Source of the DNA: Haliotis rubra
Taxonomy: Eukaryota
Assembly (NCBI RefSeq): GCF_003918875.1
Contig: NW_025767523.1
Location: forward strand, 1,426,001-1,490,000
Direction of reading: 5' to 3'
DNA: 64,000 nt
Shown in pieces: positions 1-14,000 of this stretch. Every line of letters starts with the position of its first letter. Within the stretch, counting starts at the first letter, position 1. The position numbers were made by a program, and so were the translations under genes. The notes under the pieces were generated by a model. It did not search any database and had not been told where the DNA came from. It saw nothing but the letters and a program-made list of their open reading frames with translations.

Positions 1-1166
1 GTTTCTAATCCAGAATCAAACAATACCTGCAACAAATACAGTTTCAGCTTCTTCCAGCTCCAGCAATCAACTCCAAGTGAACCCTGGACAAACCATCACA
101 AGTCCCCCATCTGTACACACTCCGCCCAGCAATAGAAAATCATCTGTAGGAAATGGAGCTGTTCTTGGATTGGGAAGTCGTGGTCAAGGTTGTGGTGATC
201 AACAGTCTTCTCCTGTGCAGCTTGTCCCAGCTGTACCATCCCCGACAGCAGCACCCTTCGTAAAATCTACTGGAAACTCGTTTCTAATCCAGAATCAAAT
301 AATACCTGCAACAAATACTAGTGTTGCCAGTGCTTTGAAACACTATTCTCCTGTGCAGCCTGTCCCAGCTGCACCATCCCCGACAGCAGCACCCTCCATG
401 AAATCTACTGGAAACTCGTTTCTAATCCAGAATCAAATAATACCTACAACAAATACCAGTGTTGCCAGTGCTTTGAAACACTCTTCTCCTGTGCAACCTG
501 TCCCAGCTGTACCATCCCCGACAGCAGCACCCTCCAAGAAATCTACTGGAAACTCGTTTCTAATCCAGAATCAAACAATACCTGCAACAAATACAGTTTC
601 AGCTTCTTCCAGCTCCAGCAATCAACTCCAAGTGAACCCTGGACAAAACATCACAAGTCCCCCATCTGTACACACTCCGCCCAGCAATAGAAAATCGTCT
701 GTAGGAAATGGAGCTGTTCTTGGATTGGGAAGTCGTAGTCAAGGTTGTGGTGATCAACAGTCTTCTCCTGTGCAACTTGTCCCAGCTGTACCATCCCCGA
801 CAGCAGCACCCTCCACGAAATCTACTGGAAACTCGTCTCTAATCCAGAATCAAGCAATACCTGCAACAAATACAGTTTCAGCTTCTTCCAGCTCCAGCAA
901 TCAATGCCAGGTTAACCTTGGGCAAAGCAACATAAGTGCTTTGCCTATACACACTCCACTCCGATCATCTGTAGAAAATGGATGGATCATCTGCTGTCCT
1001 TGGATTGAGTCGTGGTTGTGGTCGTGGTCGTGTTCGCGGTCAAGGTTGTGGTGATCCATGGTCAATGGTCGATGATCTTTCTGAAGCGAAGAAAACCATA
1101 CGTACAGGGCGCCGTTCAACTAGAATTCGTCCTATTCTGATGAAACGTTTTCGAATGCAGAATTGA
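1..1166 (+). other. Internally repeated Ser/Pro/Thr/Asn-rich reading frame, open from before the window and apparently frameshifted near 975; product unknown
   Basis: ORF 77-1054 has no stop upstream in the window. It has a 555-nt period (gtttctaatccagaatcaaacaatacc at 1 and 556) with ~138-nt sub-units. The repeat motif AVLGL..RG..QGCGD continues in another frame (978-1166). Confidence 0.35.
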
Positions 1167-2831
1167 GGTTATTGGATCCTATAAATCACAGACCTGTACA
1201 TGGGCAATATGTCCTTTCTCAGAAATATGATTCTACATTGGCCACACCCACATTGAGACAGTCAGTATTATCTCAGGAAACGTCACCTAATGCAGGTCTG
1301 AGCACCTTAAACAACCACAATGAAATGGATAACTCACGCGCTTGCTCCCAGAACAATCAAAGTCAAGGTCTACTACAAGATCAGTTCCACAAGAACTACA
1401 GCCATATATTCCGGGCCGATGACGATGGCAAAACAACAAATTCAGCAACATTTACACGTTTTCTCACTACTGTAAGAAACTTAAAACCTGTCCCGTTTAG
1501 TCCTGAGGAAAAAGGACAAATTGTACTATATTGTTAAAAAAGACAGTTGTGCTCTCCCATAGTTGGCAACAGCCCATGTTGCATTCACAGAGACTCTTGG
1601 GTTAACTCCCTTGCTTTTGAGCATCTGGATGCAGGAATACAGTGCCTGTTTATACTGTCAAATAACCGCTGTTAACGACCTATGAATGTTCCTACCACCA
1701 ATATAAGTTTCATATGGTTTCATATGTGACGAAATGGCAAGTGATTGAGCACAGAAGTCTATCTCGCACTTTCCATTGCGAATGAGAACCAAGGTAGGGG
1801 CGGATCTAGAGGGGGCTTGCGGGGGGAATCGAACCCGGGTCTAGGGCGTGACGAGCGAACGCTTTAACCACTAGGCTACCCCCACATCCAATTCGAAACG
1901 TCACGTGTAACGTCATGAAAGCACGGTAATGTTCTCATTCAACTTCTGATGGCTCTCGCCATTATCTCTTTATTGTTGTAATGTTCTTAATGAGTGTGTA
2001 CATCTGAAACTAGAGCGACTTTTTATCATTGTATAGAATCACGTTGTTATGAAACATGTGTAGGTTTTTCTGTTGTTGCAATATCGAATAGGGCAATTGC
2101 ATAGGTGATTGTAAAGTTGATTGTAGCAGCCGGAGGTCGATTGTGAGTAATACTGCTCTTTTCAATGGATATTATAACAGAACAGGGTTATGTCACTTGG
2201 GTTGATGAATCACTTTCCTCACTTCTGGCTTAAACGTACAGACTTATATCCACGATAGCATCAGTCATTTACGTGGAGTGGAACAAGGACACGTGCCTTT
2301 CACTGAGTGACTCAGACAAATTTGACTGTGTATTTTGCCAATTCTGAACTTCACCAGGCGCATGGTGGGATGTTAGGTCAGGCAATATTCCGGTGAAAAC
2401 ACACAACCGGTGAAAACAGAAAGTAAACACTAGTTCTGACAGGTAAGAGTAGATGGTATCAGTGCACAAATGTGTGGACTTGTTTGCAACTTGTGTACAG
2501 GCGTAGACACATTTGGTTCGACCACGTTTCTAGAAGGCGGCTATAACCATATCTATATCCAAGCATGGAACCTGGGCCCTTCAGGGGCGGAGCATGTGCT
2601 TCTTTCGTCATGGCATTCGACATTCGATTGTGATATGTTCAGGACATTTGTCCACAGACTTGTACTACTGCTGACCCGATGTGGACTTAATCTCATGATA
2701 TCTCTTAAAATTGTTGATTATTCGTTGGTCTGGTTACTTACTTGTTTCATAATTTATTTCTGTACGTACTTTTTTTCATAAACCTTGCGTTCTTTTACAA
2801 CGTATCTCCACGAGACATTCTTTTTTGTTTA

Positions 2832-3143
2832 CAGTCGAACCCCAATATCTCGAACTCGGTTGAGTCGAATTCTCGGTTGTGTCGAACTCATCTCGCGGTC
2901 CCCTTACATGTATCATTATTTTTACCTGATGTCTCGAACTAGATGTGTCGAATTCCCGGTTGTGTCGAACTCATTTTATTTTGGTAAATTACATCTTTTT
3001 GTATGCATATTTATTTGTCATGAATAAAGTGATAGAATTGATTTATATTTTTATAATTATATTTTAATTTAATGATCAGTACTGATGTAAACGTCAAACT
3101 TTTGCCTTGGTCTCGACGAGTTCGACACAACAGGGTTTGACTG
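2832..3143. mobile_element. Tc1/mariner-pogo-like MITE
   Basis: Ends are ta|cagtcgaaccc and agggtttgactg, with repeated internal gtcgaact motifs. Confidence 0.6.
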
Positions 3144-3884
3144 TTATTTTTATATAACATTTTAATACCAGCGTCCCCGACATAACAAAGTTGTAAAGAA
3201 GAGGTTTACAATTTAAAATGGAATTTAAAACAAGACAATGTTTGTGTGTGTTGTGTGTCCGCCTGTTCATAATTACGAAGGATTCCGTGAGACCGCCCCT
3301 CCCCGGAAAGGAAGGAAGTGTAGATTGTTTCCCAGTTTTCAATGAAGAACAGCTTTCCGACAACATATCGTTGTTCCTAAATGCCCGTGTCATTCAGCAC
3401 AAATCGTCTCTTTCCGTAACCTTCAGAAACACAAGTGTTACGCGAACTCAAATCGACACTTGCAAACAGAAGATAGTATGGCCCAAATTATGGTTCCACA
3501 TTTAAGCTACCATATACCATGAGAAACAAAAGCTACTAGTTCGCACATAATATGCAGTTTATTACATTGTATATGATAATGGGTCTACTACATGGCATGA
3601 GAATGAGTGTTGGTCGATCAACGCATCCAGTCTCAACTAAGGAGTGTCTCTCTCACTTCTGTGTTATATCGAGTCTGGTCCGAGCGAACCACGGTTTGAT
3701 CTCATGAAGAAACACCACGTCATCAACTCACGATTAAAACATTCACCCACGTCACACATTGTTACACCGATCATAACAAGTAGGACGACAGTCTCCATAT
3801 TGCAATGGTTAGAGTGTCTGCCCTTAGAGAGGAAGGTCGAAACAAGTGAAAAGATGATATGTGACGGAGCATGGAGTGTGTACT

Positions 3885-4846
3885 GTGTCTGAGTTGGGTA
3901 TCCCTGTGTCTGAGTTGGGTATCTCTGTGTCTGAGTTGGGTACCCCTTTTAAAGTATGACATGGTACATTAATGTACATGGAATACACTGTGTCTGAACT
4001 GGCTATCCATGTTAAAGTATGACATGGTACATTAGAGTACATGGAATATACTGTGTCTGAACTGGCTATTCATGTTAAAGTATGACATGGTACATAAGAG
4101 TACATGGAATATACTGTGTCTGAACTGGCTATTCATGTTAAAGTATGACATGATACATTAATGTACATGGAATATACTGTGTCTGAACTGGCTATTCATG
4201 TTAAAGTATGACATGGTACATTAGAGTACATGGAATATACTGTGTCTGAACTGGCTATTCATGTTAAAGTATAGCATGGTACATTAATGTACATGGAATA
4301 TACTGTGTCTGAACTGGCTATTCATGTTAAAGTGAGACATGGTACATTAGATTACATGGAATATACGGTGTCTGAACTGGCTATCCATGTTAAAGTATGA
4401 CATGATACATTAATGTACATGGAATATACTGTGTCTGAACTGGCTATTCATGTTAAAGTGTGACATGGTACATTAGAGTACATGGAATACACTGTGTCTG
4501 AACTGGCTATTCATGTTAAAGTGTGACATGGTACATTAGAGTACATGGAATACACTGTGTCTGAACTGGCTATTCATGTCAAAGTATGACATGGTACATT
4601 AGAGTACATGGAATACACTGTGTCTGAACTGGCTATTCATATTAAATTATGACATGGTGCATTAATGTACATAGAATATTCTGTGTCTGAACTGGCTATT
4701 CATGTTAAAGTATGACATGGTACATTAGAGTACATGGAATATACTGTGTCTGAACTGGCTATTCATGTTAAAGTAAGACATGATACATTAATGTACATGG
4801 AATGCACTGTGTCTGAACTGGCTATTCATATTAAAGTATGACATGG
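3885..4846. repeat. 63-bp minisatellite (~14 copies) preceded by three 21-bp units
   Basis: Unit ctgtgtctgaactggctattcatgttaaagtatgacatggtacattagagtacatggaatata, e.g. at 4051 and 4114. Confidence 0.95.
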
Positions 4847-5073
4847 TGGATTAGTGCCCTCGACTAGTACAACCAGCCACATATGCGAGCACTCGGCTGT
4901 ATAAATTCAATGATCTTGAGCCCGATGTTAAAGCCCCACTTCATCTCATCTCAGTAGGGAGATGAACCAAGCATCAACCCATCCTGTCCCTGGCATACAA
5001 CGGTCCGCCAAATCATATGAGACAGATTCTGTTGTTCTTTTGAAAATGCTATATTTCTAGTTTCTAACAAGTG

Positions 5074-8000
5074 TTAAATTTCCAGCTGCTGTCTTTCCTC
5101 TGCCATTTCTGACTGGACATCTGATGAATCTGTATCAAGCGACTCCTGAACGAAGCCATTTTTAAACAAAAGGAAAGCCACAATGAAGCAAGCTGACGAC
5201 AGTACTTGAAGTCCGATATCCATAGACTTCATGCGATAGCGCAGAAGTGGGAGATCATACAGTGCGCATGCGCCAGTCTCGCCACACTTTATTTGCCACA
5301 GTCTGCACGTGCTGTCAATCACCATCCCATACACAACAGGTGATGGGAGGAAACCTGAAAACAAACGAAATAAAACCAATTACCAAATTTAAGAAACGTC
5401 AGTGCCTCCCTTAACACAACACAATACTATGGCGGGACGTGGTCGTTCTTTATTCTCCCATTAATTATCGATTTGATTTCAGGAAACACCAATAATGGTT
5501 GATTTGTATAAGATTTTCTGCCCGAAATGCACGTCAATTCATGGATTAACCACAATCGTATACGTTTAGTCAAAATGTTCACAATGTTTGTGACTTTAAA
5601 ATCACAATCAAAACACCTTTTATATTATTTACTTTCTTCCTTTGAAAATAATCCCAAAACACCAAGTGTGTACTTTCTTTTGTACGTCAGTTTATTTCTA
5701 AATTCCTTTCGATTTTGACTTGAGATTTTGAAAAAGTACCATAAGTATAACTGTTTCAATCAGAGATATTTATAGTGACTCTAAAGATCTAGGGAAGCGA
5801 TCAGAAAAAGAGTTTTCCCAAACATTGGCAGACTGATACCTCTTATGCCATTAATTTAATTACAACGTCGTTACCATAGAAATATTCTCTATGTTTAACA
5901 CGAATACCCACCTACAGCACCGTTCAGGAAAGCCGATATAGCTAGACCCATTGATTTGTCACGCGGCTCAACAGTCCTAAAAGATGAAATTAAAACACCA
6001 TCAACTCATTGTCAACTTTAGTTTGAATAACACTGCAGAAATAAATAGGTCTGTCATCGGGAAAAAAGTGACACAGGTCGTATACACTGATACTACTTTG
6101 ATGAATGCTGTATTTTCAAGCCGAAGATCACAGCCTGGGACTCGATCCTAACCTGGCTAAGGGGCGCAACTCTACAAAGCCATGTGCAACGCACTAGATC
6201 AATGGCCACAGTGCTCTAAAATATATATTGGCTTCGACGTATCAGGTCATCTCATAAATAAGGGACAATATCTGTGTGACACTGATGAATGAAAGCGAAT
6301 TTAGCTCATCCAAGTATCTTTTGATACGTATACACAAGAAAATGAAACCTTAAGTGGCATCACTTATTTGTATCCATGCGAGGATGTAACTTGTTTCGAG
6401 GGCCTAGTTGTAACATATATGAATACAGCATAATAAAGGCGAGCGAAAGTGTTTGCATATTGTTTTACACCGCATTACTCCAGTAGGGGCGTAGTATGAA
6501 ACCAGAATTGGACTCAAAACATTGAACCCCATGATCGGTGAACCTTTTACCATGAGGTGACCGCAATGTCTCATGCACCGCACCTGCAAAACAGTGAACC
6601 CCATGATCGGTGAACCTTTTACCATAAGGTCACCGCAATGTCTCATGCACCGCACCTGCAAAACAGTGAACCCCATGATCGGTGAACCTTTTACCATAAG
6701 GTCACCGCAATGTCTCATGCACCGCACCTGCAAAACAGTGAACCCCATGATCGGTGAAACTTTTACCATAAGGTCACCGCAATGTCTCATGCACACCTGC
6801 AAAACAGTGAACCCATGTCAGGATGAACAACGAATCCCATTTAGCGCCGTTGACACACCATGGCCTTGATGGTGAATCACACAAGCTGTGCCGATACTGA
6901 TAGTGACACTGATGTTGATGCTGATGCTGGTTCTTGTGCTGGGTGCTGATACTGGCATGTGAAAACTTTTGAAACTTTTATTCGAAACCACCTCCATCGG
7001 CACTTACAAGGCACTGACATGGTAATACTCCACTCAACATAAAACCTATGCCATACTAAGTACATGCTTTGGGTGTTGTCGGATATGACTTCGAAATTCG
7101 ACCTACTTGATGATGATCATGAAAACAGGAACTATGGACACTGTCGCCACGGTGCCGGCTACAAGGTCAACGAGTAGGTAGGGGTACAAGAAGGGGCAAT
7201 CTCTCTGGCACCATCCAGCCGTCCCCTCATCCCCAGGAATCTCGCTACATCCCGTATACGTCTGAAATATTGGTCAGGAGAAATACATATTTCATCTTCA
7301 AGAGGAGTACTTTCATATAAAAACGTATTCCAAAGGCAATGATTCTTTTAAAGAATTCAATAAATGCATGAATTACAAAAGTAGAAATGCAGTACAGTGT
7401 TCTTTTTAGACTGGAATCCTGCCACAGAGACTGAAATACTCACAGTTCCATTCTGAGACTGACATCCTGCAAGACAGGGATTGATGTATGTCTCCCCGTC
7501 AACCCCACACAGTGGCAGGAATTCGTTTGCATCACAATTACAAACGGAAGTGCTGTTCATCATTCTGAAATACAGAACCAGATGGTTTTGTTTTAATACG
7601 AGAGTAATAATAAATTTGTAGAGTGCTTAATATCCACCTAAAAGATGATCAAATACAAACAGTTATTAATGATGTCTTTGATTGAAGTTTAACTTAACCC
7701 TTTAACTTATATGTATTTTCATGAACTGTTCAGAGACTTCTTACAAAAGAAATATGGAAGTGTAAGTATAATTGTACTCTTCTCAGTATATTGTTTGTAA
7801 GCTTGTGTTCTATTGTTAATATTGTGTCGGACCAATAAATGTGCATTATGCTACAGATAACCTCCCTATGTCGCTAAAATCCGCCCCAAGTCTACCAACT
7901 TTTCACTGGCCTATCTATTTCAACTGAGAACATTAACTGATTATTACAGATAATGGATATTTATCACAGTGACAACTGCACTCTTGATGTCCTGATTATT

Positions 8001-11000
8001 TCAACTGATATTTACCTCTAGTCACCATAACCCTTGATGTCCTGATTATTTCAACTTCAATCTACCTCTCGTCAATATAACCTTTGATGTTCTGATTATT
8101 TCAACTTGCATTTACCTCCCGTCACCATCATGTTCTGATTATTTCAACCATTTTCCTCTCGTCATATAACCTTTGATGTTCTGATTATTTCAACTTGCAT
8201 TTACCTCCCGTCACCATAACGCCTTGATGATCTTTGCATTTTACCTCCCGTCAATATAACCTTTGATGTTCTGATTATTTCAACTTGCATTTACCTCCCG
8301 TCAATATAACCCTTTGATGTTCTGATTATTTCAACTTGCATTTACCTCCCGTCAATATAACCTTTGATGTTCTGATTATTTCAACTTGCATTTACCTCCC
8401 GTCAATATAACCCTTGATGTTCTGATTATTTCAACTTGCATTTTACCTCCCGTCAATATAACCTTTGATGTTCTGATTATTTCAACTTGCATTTACCTCC
8501 CGTCAATATAACCCCTTGATGTTCTGATTATTTCAACTTGCATTTACCTCCCGTCAATATAACCTTTGATTGTTCTGATTATTTGCATTTACCTCCCGTC
8601 AATATAACCTTTGATGTTCTGATTATTTCAACTTGCATTTACCTCCCGTCAATATAACCTTTGATGTTCTGATTATTTCAACTTGCATTTACCTCCCGTC
8701 ACCATAACCCTTGATGTTCTGATTATTTCAACTTGCATTTACCTCCCGTCAATATAACCTTTGATGTTCTGATTATTTCAACTTGCATTTACCTCCCGTC
8801 AATATAACCCTTGATGTTCTGATTATTTCAACTTGCATTTACCTCCCGTCAATATAACCTTTGATGTTCTGATTATTTCAACTTGCATTTACCTCCCGTC
8901 AATATAACCTTTTGATGTTCTGATTATTTCAACTTGCATTTACCTCCCGTCAATATAACCCTTTGATGTTCTGATTATTTCAACTTTACCTCTCGTCAAT
9001 ATAACCTTTGATGTTCTGATTATTTCAACTTGCATTTACCTCCCGTCAATATAACCTTTGATGTCCTGATTATTTCAACTTGCATTTACCTCCCGTCAAT
9101 ATAACCTTACCTCCCGTCAATATAACCTTGATCTGATTATTTCAACTTGCATTTTACCTCCGTCAATATAACCCTTGATGTTCTGATTATTTCAACTTGC
9201 ATTTTACCTCCCGTCAATATAACCTTTGATGTTCTGATTATTTCAACTTGCATTTTCTGATTATTTCAACTTGCATTTACCTCCCGTCAATATAACCTTT
9301 GATGTTCTGATTATTTCAACTTGCATTTACCTCCCGTCAATATAACCTTTGATGTCCTGATTATTTCAACTTGCATTTTCCTCCCGTCAATATAACCTTT
9401 GATGTTCTGATTATTTCAACTTGCATTTACCTCCAGTCAATATAACCTTTGATGTTCTGATTATTTCAACTTGCATTTTCCTCCCGTCGTCAATATAACC
9501 TTTGATGTTCTGATTATTTCAACTTGCATTTACTTCATCCTCCGTCAATATAACCTTTGATGTTCTGATTATTTCAACTTGCATTTACCTCCCGTCAATA
9601 TAACCCTTGATGTTCTGATTATTTCAACTTGCATTTACCTCCCGTCAATATAACCTTTGATGTTCTGATTATTTCAACTTGCACTTGCATTTTTCAACCT
9701 CCCCGTCAATATAACCCTTGATGTTCTTTTTTTCATTACCCGTCAATATAACCTTTGTGGTCACTTGCATTTACGTCAATATGGGTAGTTCAACTTGCAT
9801 TTACTAATCTCGTACGTCACACGAGTGTCGTATCGCGTTGACCTGTGTCGTTACGACTTGACCTGAGATTCGAACGATTTGATTGGATAACCGATGACCT
9901 CTCAATAAGGTCACATTCTGACGTAACTATATTTTCATTCATAACGAACACGTAAATTCATTCATTTTACAACTTAAATGCATTGTGGGAATGTAAGCAT
10001 CGAGAACGTTGCCGTGTCGCTGTTTTATTGTGAGTCGAACTGAGACATTATATCCGTCGAAAAACATAAACGCAATGTTTCCACCAGTGATGTTAGCCGA
10101 ACGAAGCAACTGCAAACCAAGAAACGGTGTGCTACGGAGTAGTTTACTGTAGGAGGCTGTTCGAGGCGATGACAACTGACATGCATCGTGACGTCGGTTA
10201 CCAAGGCAGTGACGTCATTTTGGTGTGACGTCATGCAAATATTGTACTACAGTACAAAACTCTTCCGCAACCCTTTATGAAACCGGTTTCGGTTTGAAAC
10301 CAAAATATGAACAAAAATACGCTATTTTGTCAATTTAATGCATGTAAGACGTGGGTAATAAATAAAATACCACACTCGGTCTCATTACATACGAATTATA
10401 CGAAACTCTTGGCCTTCCTATGTTATCTGACCTCGCTTTCGCTTGGTCAGATACCACAGGAAGGACACTCGTTTCGTATAATTCGTATGTAATGAGACCT
10501 CGTGTAGTATTCTCTATTGATGTTCTGATTGTGTCAACTTGCATTTACCTCCCGTCAATATAACCCTTACTGTCCTGACTTTATCAGCTGATATTTACCT
10601 TACGTCACGATAGCCCTTTCTGTCCTGAGTATTTCAAAAGGCATTTACCTTACGTCTCCATAACCCTTGACGTCCCGACTTCATCAGATATTTACCTCCC
10701 GTCACCATCATAACCCTTGATCTTCTGACTTTATCAGCTGCTATTTACCTTACGTCACCATAACCATTAGTGTTCTGATTATTTCTACTGAGATGTACCT
10801 TAGATCGACATGACATATGGTGACCTGAAAACCAGTTTTCCAGCTGACACTTACCCATCGCCACCTAGACCATTGATGTTTGGGTTGTCACATCCAAAGG
10901 CCCACATGAGGGTGTAGAGGACTGTGCCAAAGGCTGTAAGAACGGCTATCAGCTTCACGCATCCCCTGTTGGTCAGCTTGAGTTTGCTCGTGAGGATACC

Positions 11001-14000
11001 TCCAAGTAATGTCCCCACAATGGCCCAGAACAAACCTATAATACCTAGATTGTGACATAAAGAAACAAACCCGCTTTAATATGATTAGCACCATAGATAT
11101 TCACGCACTTATACATGCAACGGTATGTAAACGAACCCACATCAACGCCCCACCCTCCACAACATCGGCGCACGCACGGACATGCACAAACACCCATCCG
11201 CGCCGAAGAAGTCAAGGGCAAAGAGTCACACAAGGAGACTTATCTGGAAATGGTTTCATATAAGATAAAGGCAAGATTGTATGGATATCAACTTCTTTAT
11301 TTTGATGGACACGACGCGTCGAAGTATATTCTTATTCCTTCATCGGGTGAATGAGGGATATATTCAGGTGAATGATGAAGGGGTAAGAATATACTCCGAA
11401 ACGTCGTATCCATCAAAATATAGAAGTTGACATCCATAAATTCTGGCGTTTATGCGTAATAAATGCTGTTCAAATACTGTAATGAAATTTACTCTTCACA
11501 GCTTGTCTGCGTATGTATGTGGTGTGTCACAGGTGTATGGTCACGTTGAGTTACAAATGTATGTGAACAAGGTACAGTGAACAATGGAATAACATATTAA
11601 GATATAATGTCCGTACATATAGTAAAAGATTGAAAGTGATAAATATATACTGAGTTGTTATTTAAACAAACACCCATATCAATGGACATGCCTCATTAAA
11701 CAACACATTACCAAATACATACCATAGATGAAATTTGCTTCGGCAGCCGTTGTGCCAAATTGGCTCTGAATGTATTTAGGTGCAAAACTCAAATAGCCCC
11801 CAATAAAGAATAAGGCACTGCAATCGCCCAGAAGGATACAGGCAATTACTGGGTTCTTCACAACCCGTAATACCGATCTTGGTAAGTCTGCGGAAGGAGA
11901 AAATTATACATGTTCTTTTACACTGATGTTTATTCCATGAAAATCAACACAAATGCATGATAATGATGTGTGGGAGGTCATTACAAAATGACTCAGTGGA
12001 GACCAGTACATGCAAATCTGCTCAGCGACTTTAGCCTTTTCGTCTTCAACAACCCATGCTTGTCGTAAGAGGCGACTAACGGGATCGGGTGGTCAGGCTC
12101 GCTGTCAACATGTCATCGTATATTAACTGCGTAGGTCGATGCTCATTATGTTGATCACGGGATTGCCTGGTCCAGACTCGATTATTTACAAACCGCCTCA
12201 ATATAGCTGGGATATTGCTGAGGGCAGCGTTAAACAACAGACAAACTTCATCAGACGTGACCCCGCTCTCTAACCTTACGTTTTATCACCGAAGAGCACA
12301 TCCGACACAACGTTGTCACATCCCCCACCTGATATACAAGCTCCAAAGAATTCTACTGTTCGTTACCACAGGGGACATTTCACCTTTTAATTGTCCAGGC
12401 ATTTTCAATCAAGAAAACATGAACCGGCAAGTGTTCGAAAAGAAGTAGATGTACTTTGTAAACTATCAATCTGCTTCGTCCGTTTCCCCACCTTACAAAG
12501 ATCACTTAATTTGAAACGTGCTTTCCATGCTGTTACGGATAAGTAATACACCCAAAACAGACACTTTAACTTTAATTTTACAATCTGAATATACACATTC
12601 ACGATAAGAATGTTTTCACGAATCTGCAGAGGCAGCCAGTTTCATCTAACAGTAAAACACGACACCGGAGCCACCTAACAATTGCTCTACCTCGGTGTTG
12701 ATTCTCAAGTCATACCTGTAATATACTTTTTCGTTCCACTATAGGATCCCAAATTTATAGACTCTATTCCAAATGAGAATGCCCGTTTCGCTTTTTAAGC
12801 AACCGTGTATATCATCCAATTTGCTAAGCAAGATCAAAATAACGTCCCTCAGATCGATCTAAGTGTGAAAACAGACTTCTAAGCAACATAGAGATGCAAT
12901 ACCTACCCACAATATCTCTCTTAAGTGAGGTTGTAGTTTCCAGAACATGGACTGTGTGTTGGTCTTTGGGTGCCCGTATGTGTTTTGGGAAGCAGCCTAA
13001 AGGTATAGCCAGAACGAGAGCGGCACATCCGAACAACAGGTAGCCAATCCACCATGCCCCAATCCACTCAGGATGAAGCGGACTTAACTTGGAATCTTGA
13101 AATTAAAGCATGGCAATACATGTGTTAATGAAACGTCAGATGTGATTGGCATTTAGTTTATTCATTGGAACGTTTTACGAGTCCGTTGCGTGCTTTTAAA
13201 CAAGAACGCACGTTGCTCGGGAGATTCTGCAAACATCAGCGCCTCGTCAACATTTGGGTTAAAATTGGTCTTCAGCAAGATTGCGTGTCGTAAGAGGTGA
13301 CTAACGCGATATTCTGAGGTTTGCTCACTTGGTTCATGCATTTTATCCCCACAGCTTCCAGCCCTAAGAGACAAAACCGCTTGACATGCCGGGGTCCAAG
13401 GGCCGTCCTCCCTGGCCGGTCATGAAGCCCCCATGAAGCCAACGCATATTTGCAAATTCTTTTCTCAGACAAGGCACTGACAACGATTTGTACAGACCCA
13501 TTTGAGTGATTTTTAACGGATTTTGATTTTGATCTTTCATATGAATCCAGTTTGGCGTGAGGTTTATCAGTTTTGTCGTGAGAGCGTGACATGAGTCATA
13601 TGTGTGAGTCTCATGCAAATGCGTGAGAGTTGGCAGGTATGCATCCCAAGTGCGTAGATCGATGATCATGATGTCGTAACATTCTGTCCAGACGTAATAA
13701 TTTACAGACCGCCGTTGCAGTGCAGCGTTTAACAACAAACAAAAACCAAAAAAACCCTAAAAAAACGCCATTGTGTTGTCTCTACAGCTGATGGCGTAGA
13801 TAATTACATTAAGACACGGTTTGTCATGTCTGTTTGATTACCAGGCCACCGTGGTAGATTTATAATACCTCTCTGGATGCGGCATAAAACAACATTTACT
13901 AACTCACCACTCAGATCCACGGGTATGTTGCTCAATACTCCACCCAGCCCGAATGCTAGAACTGGTCCAAGGAATGTGATAGTCATGATGATACCTGCAG

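Noticed and set aside
3885-9805. CRISPR-like arrays
   Set aside because: These are head-to-tail minisatellites with no unique spacers, there are no cas genes, and the context is eukaryotic.
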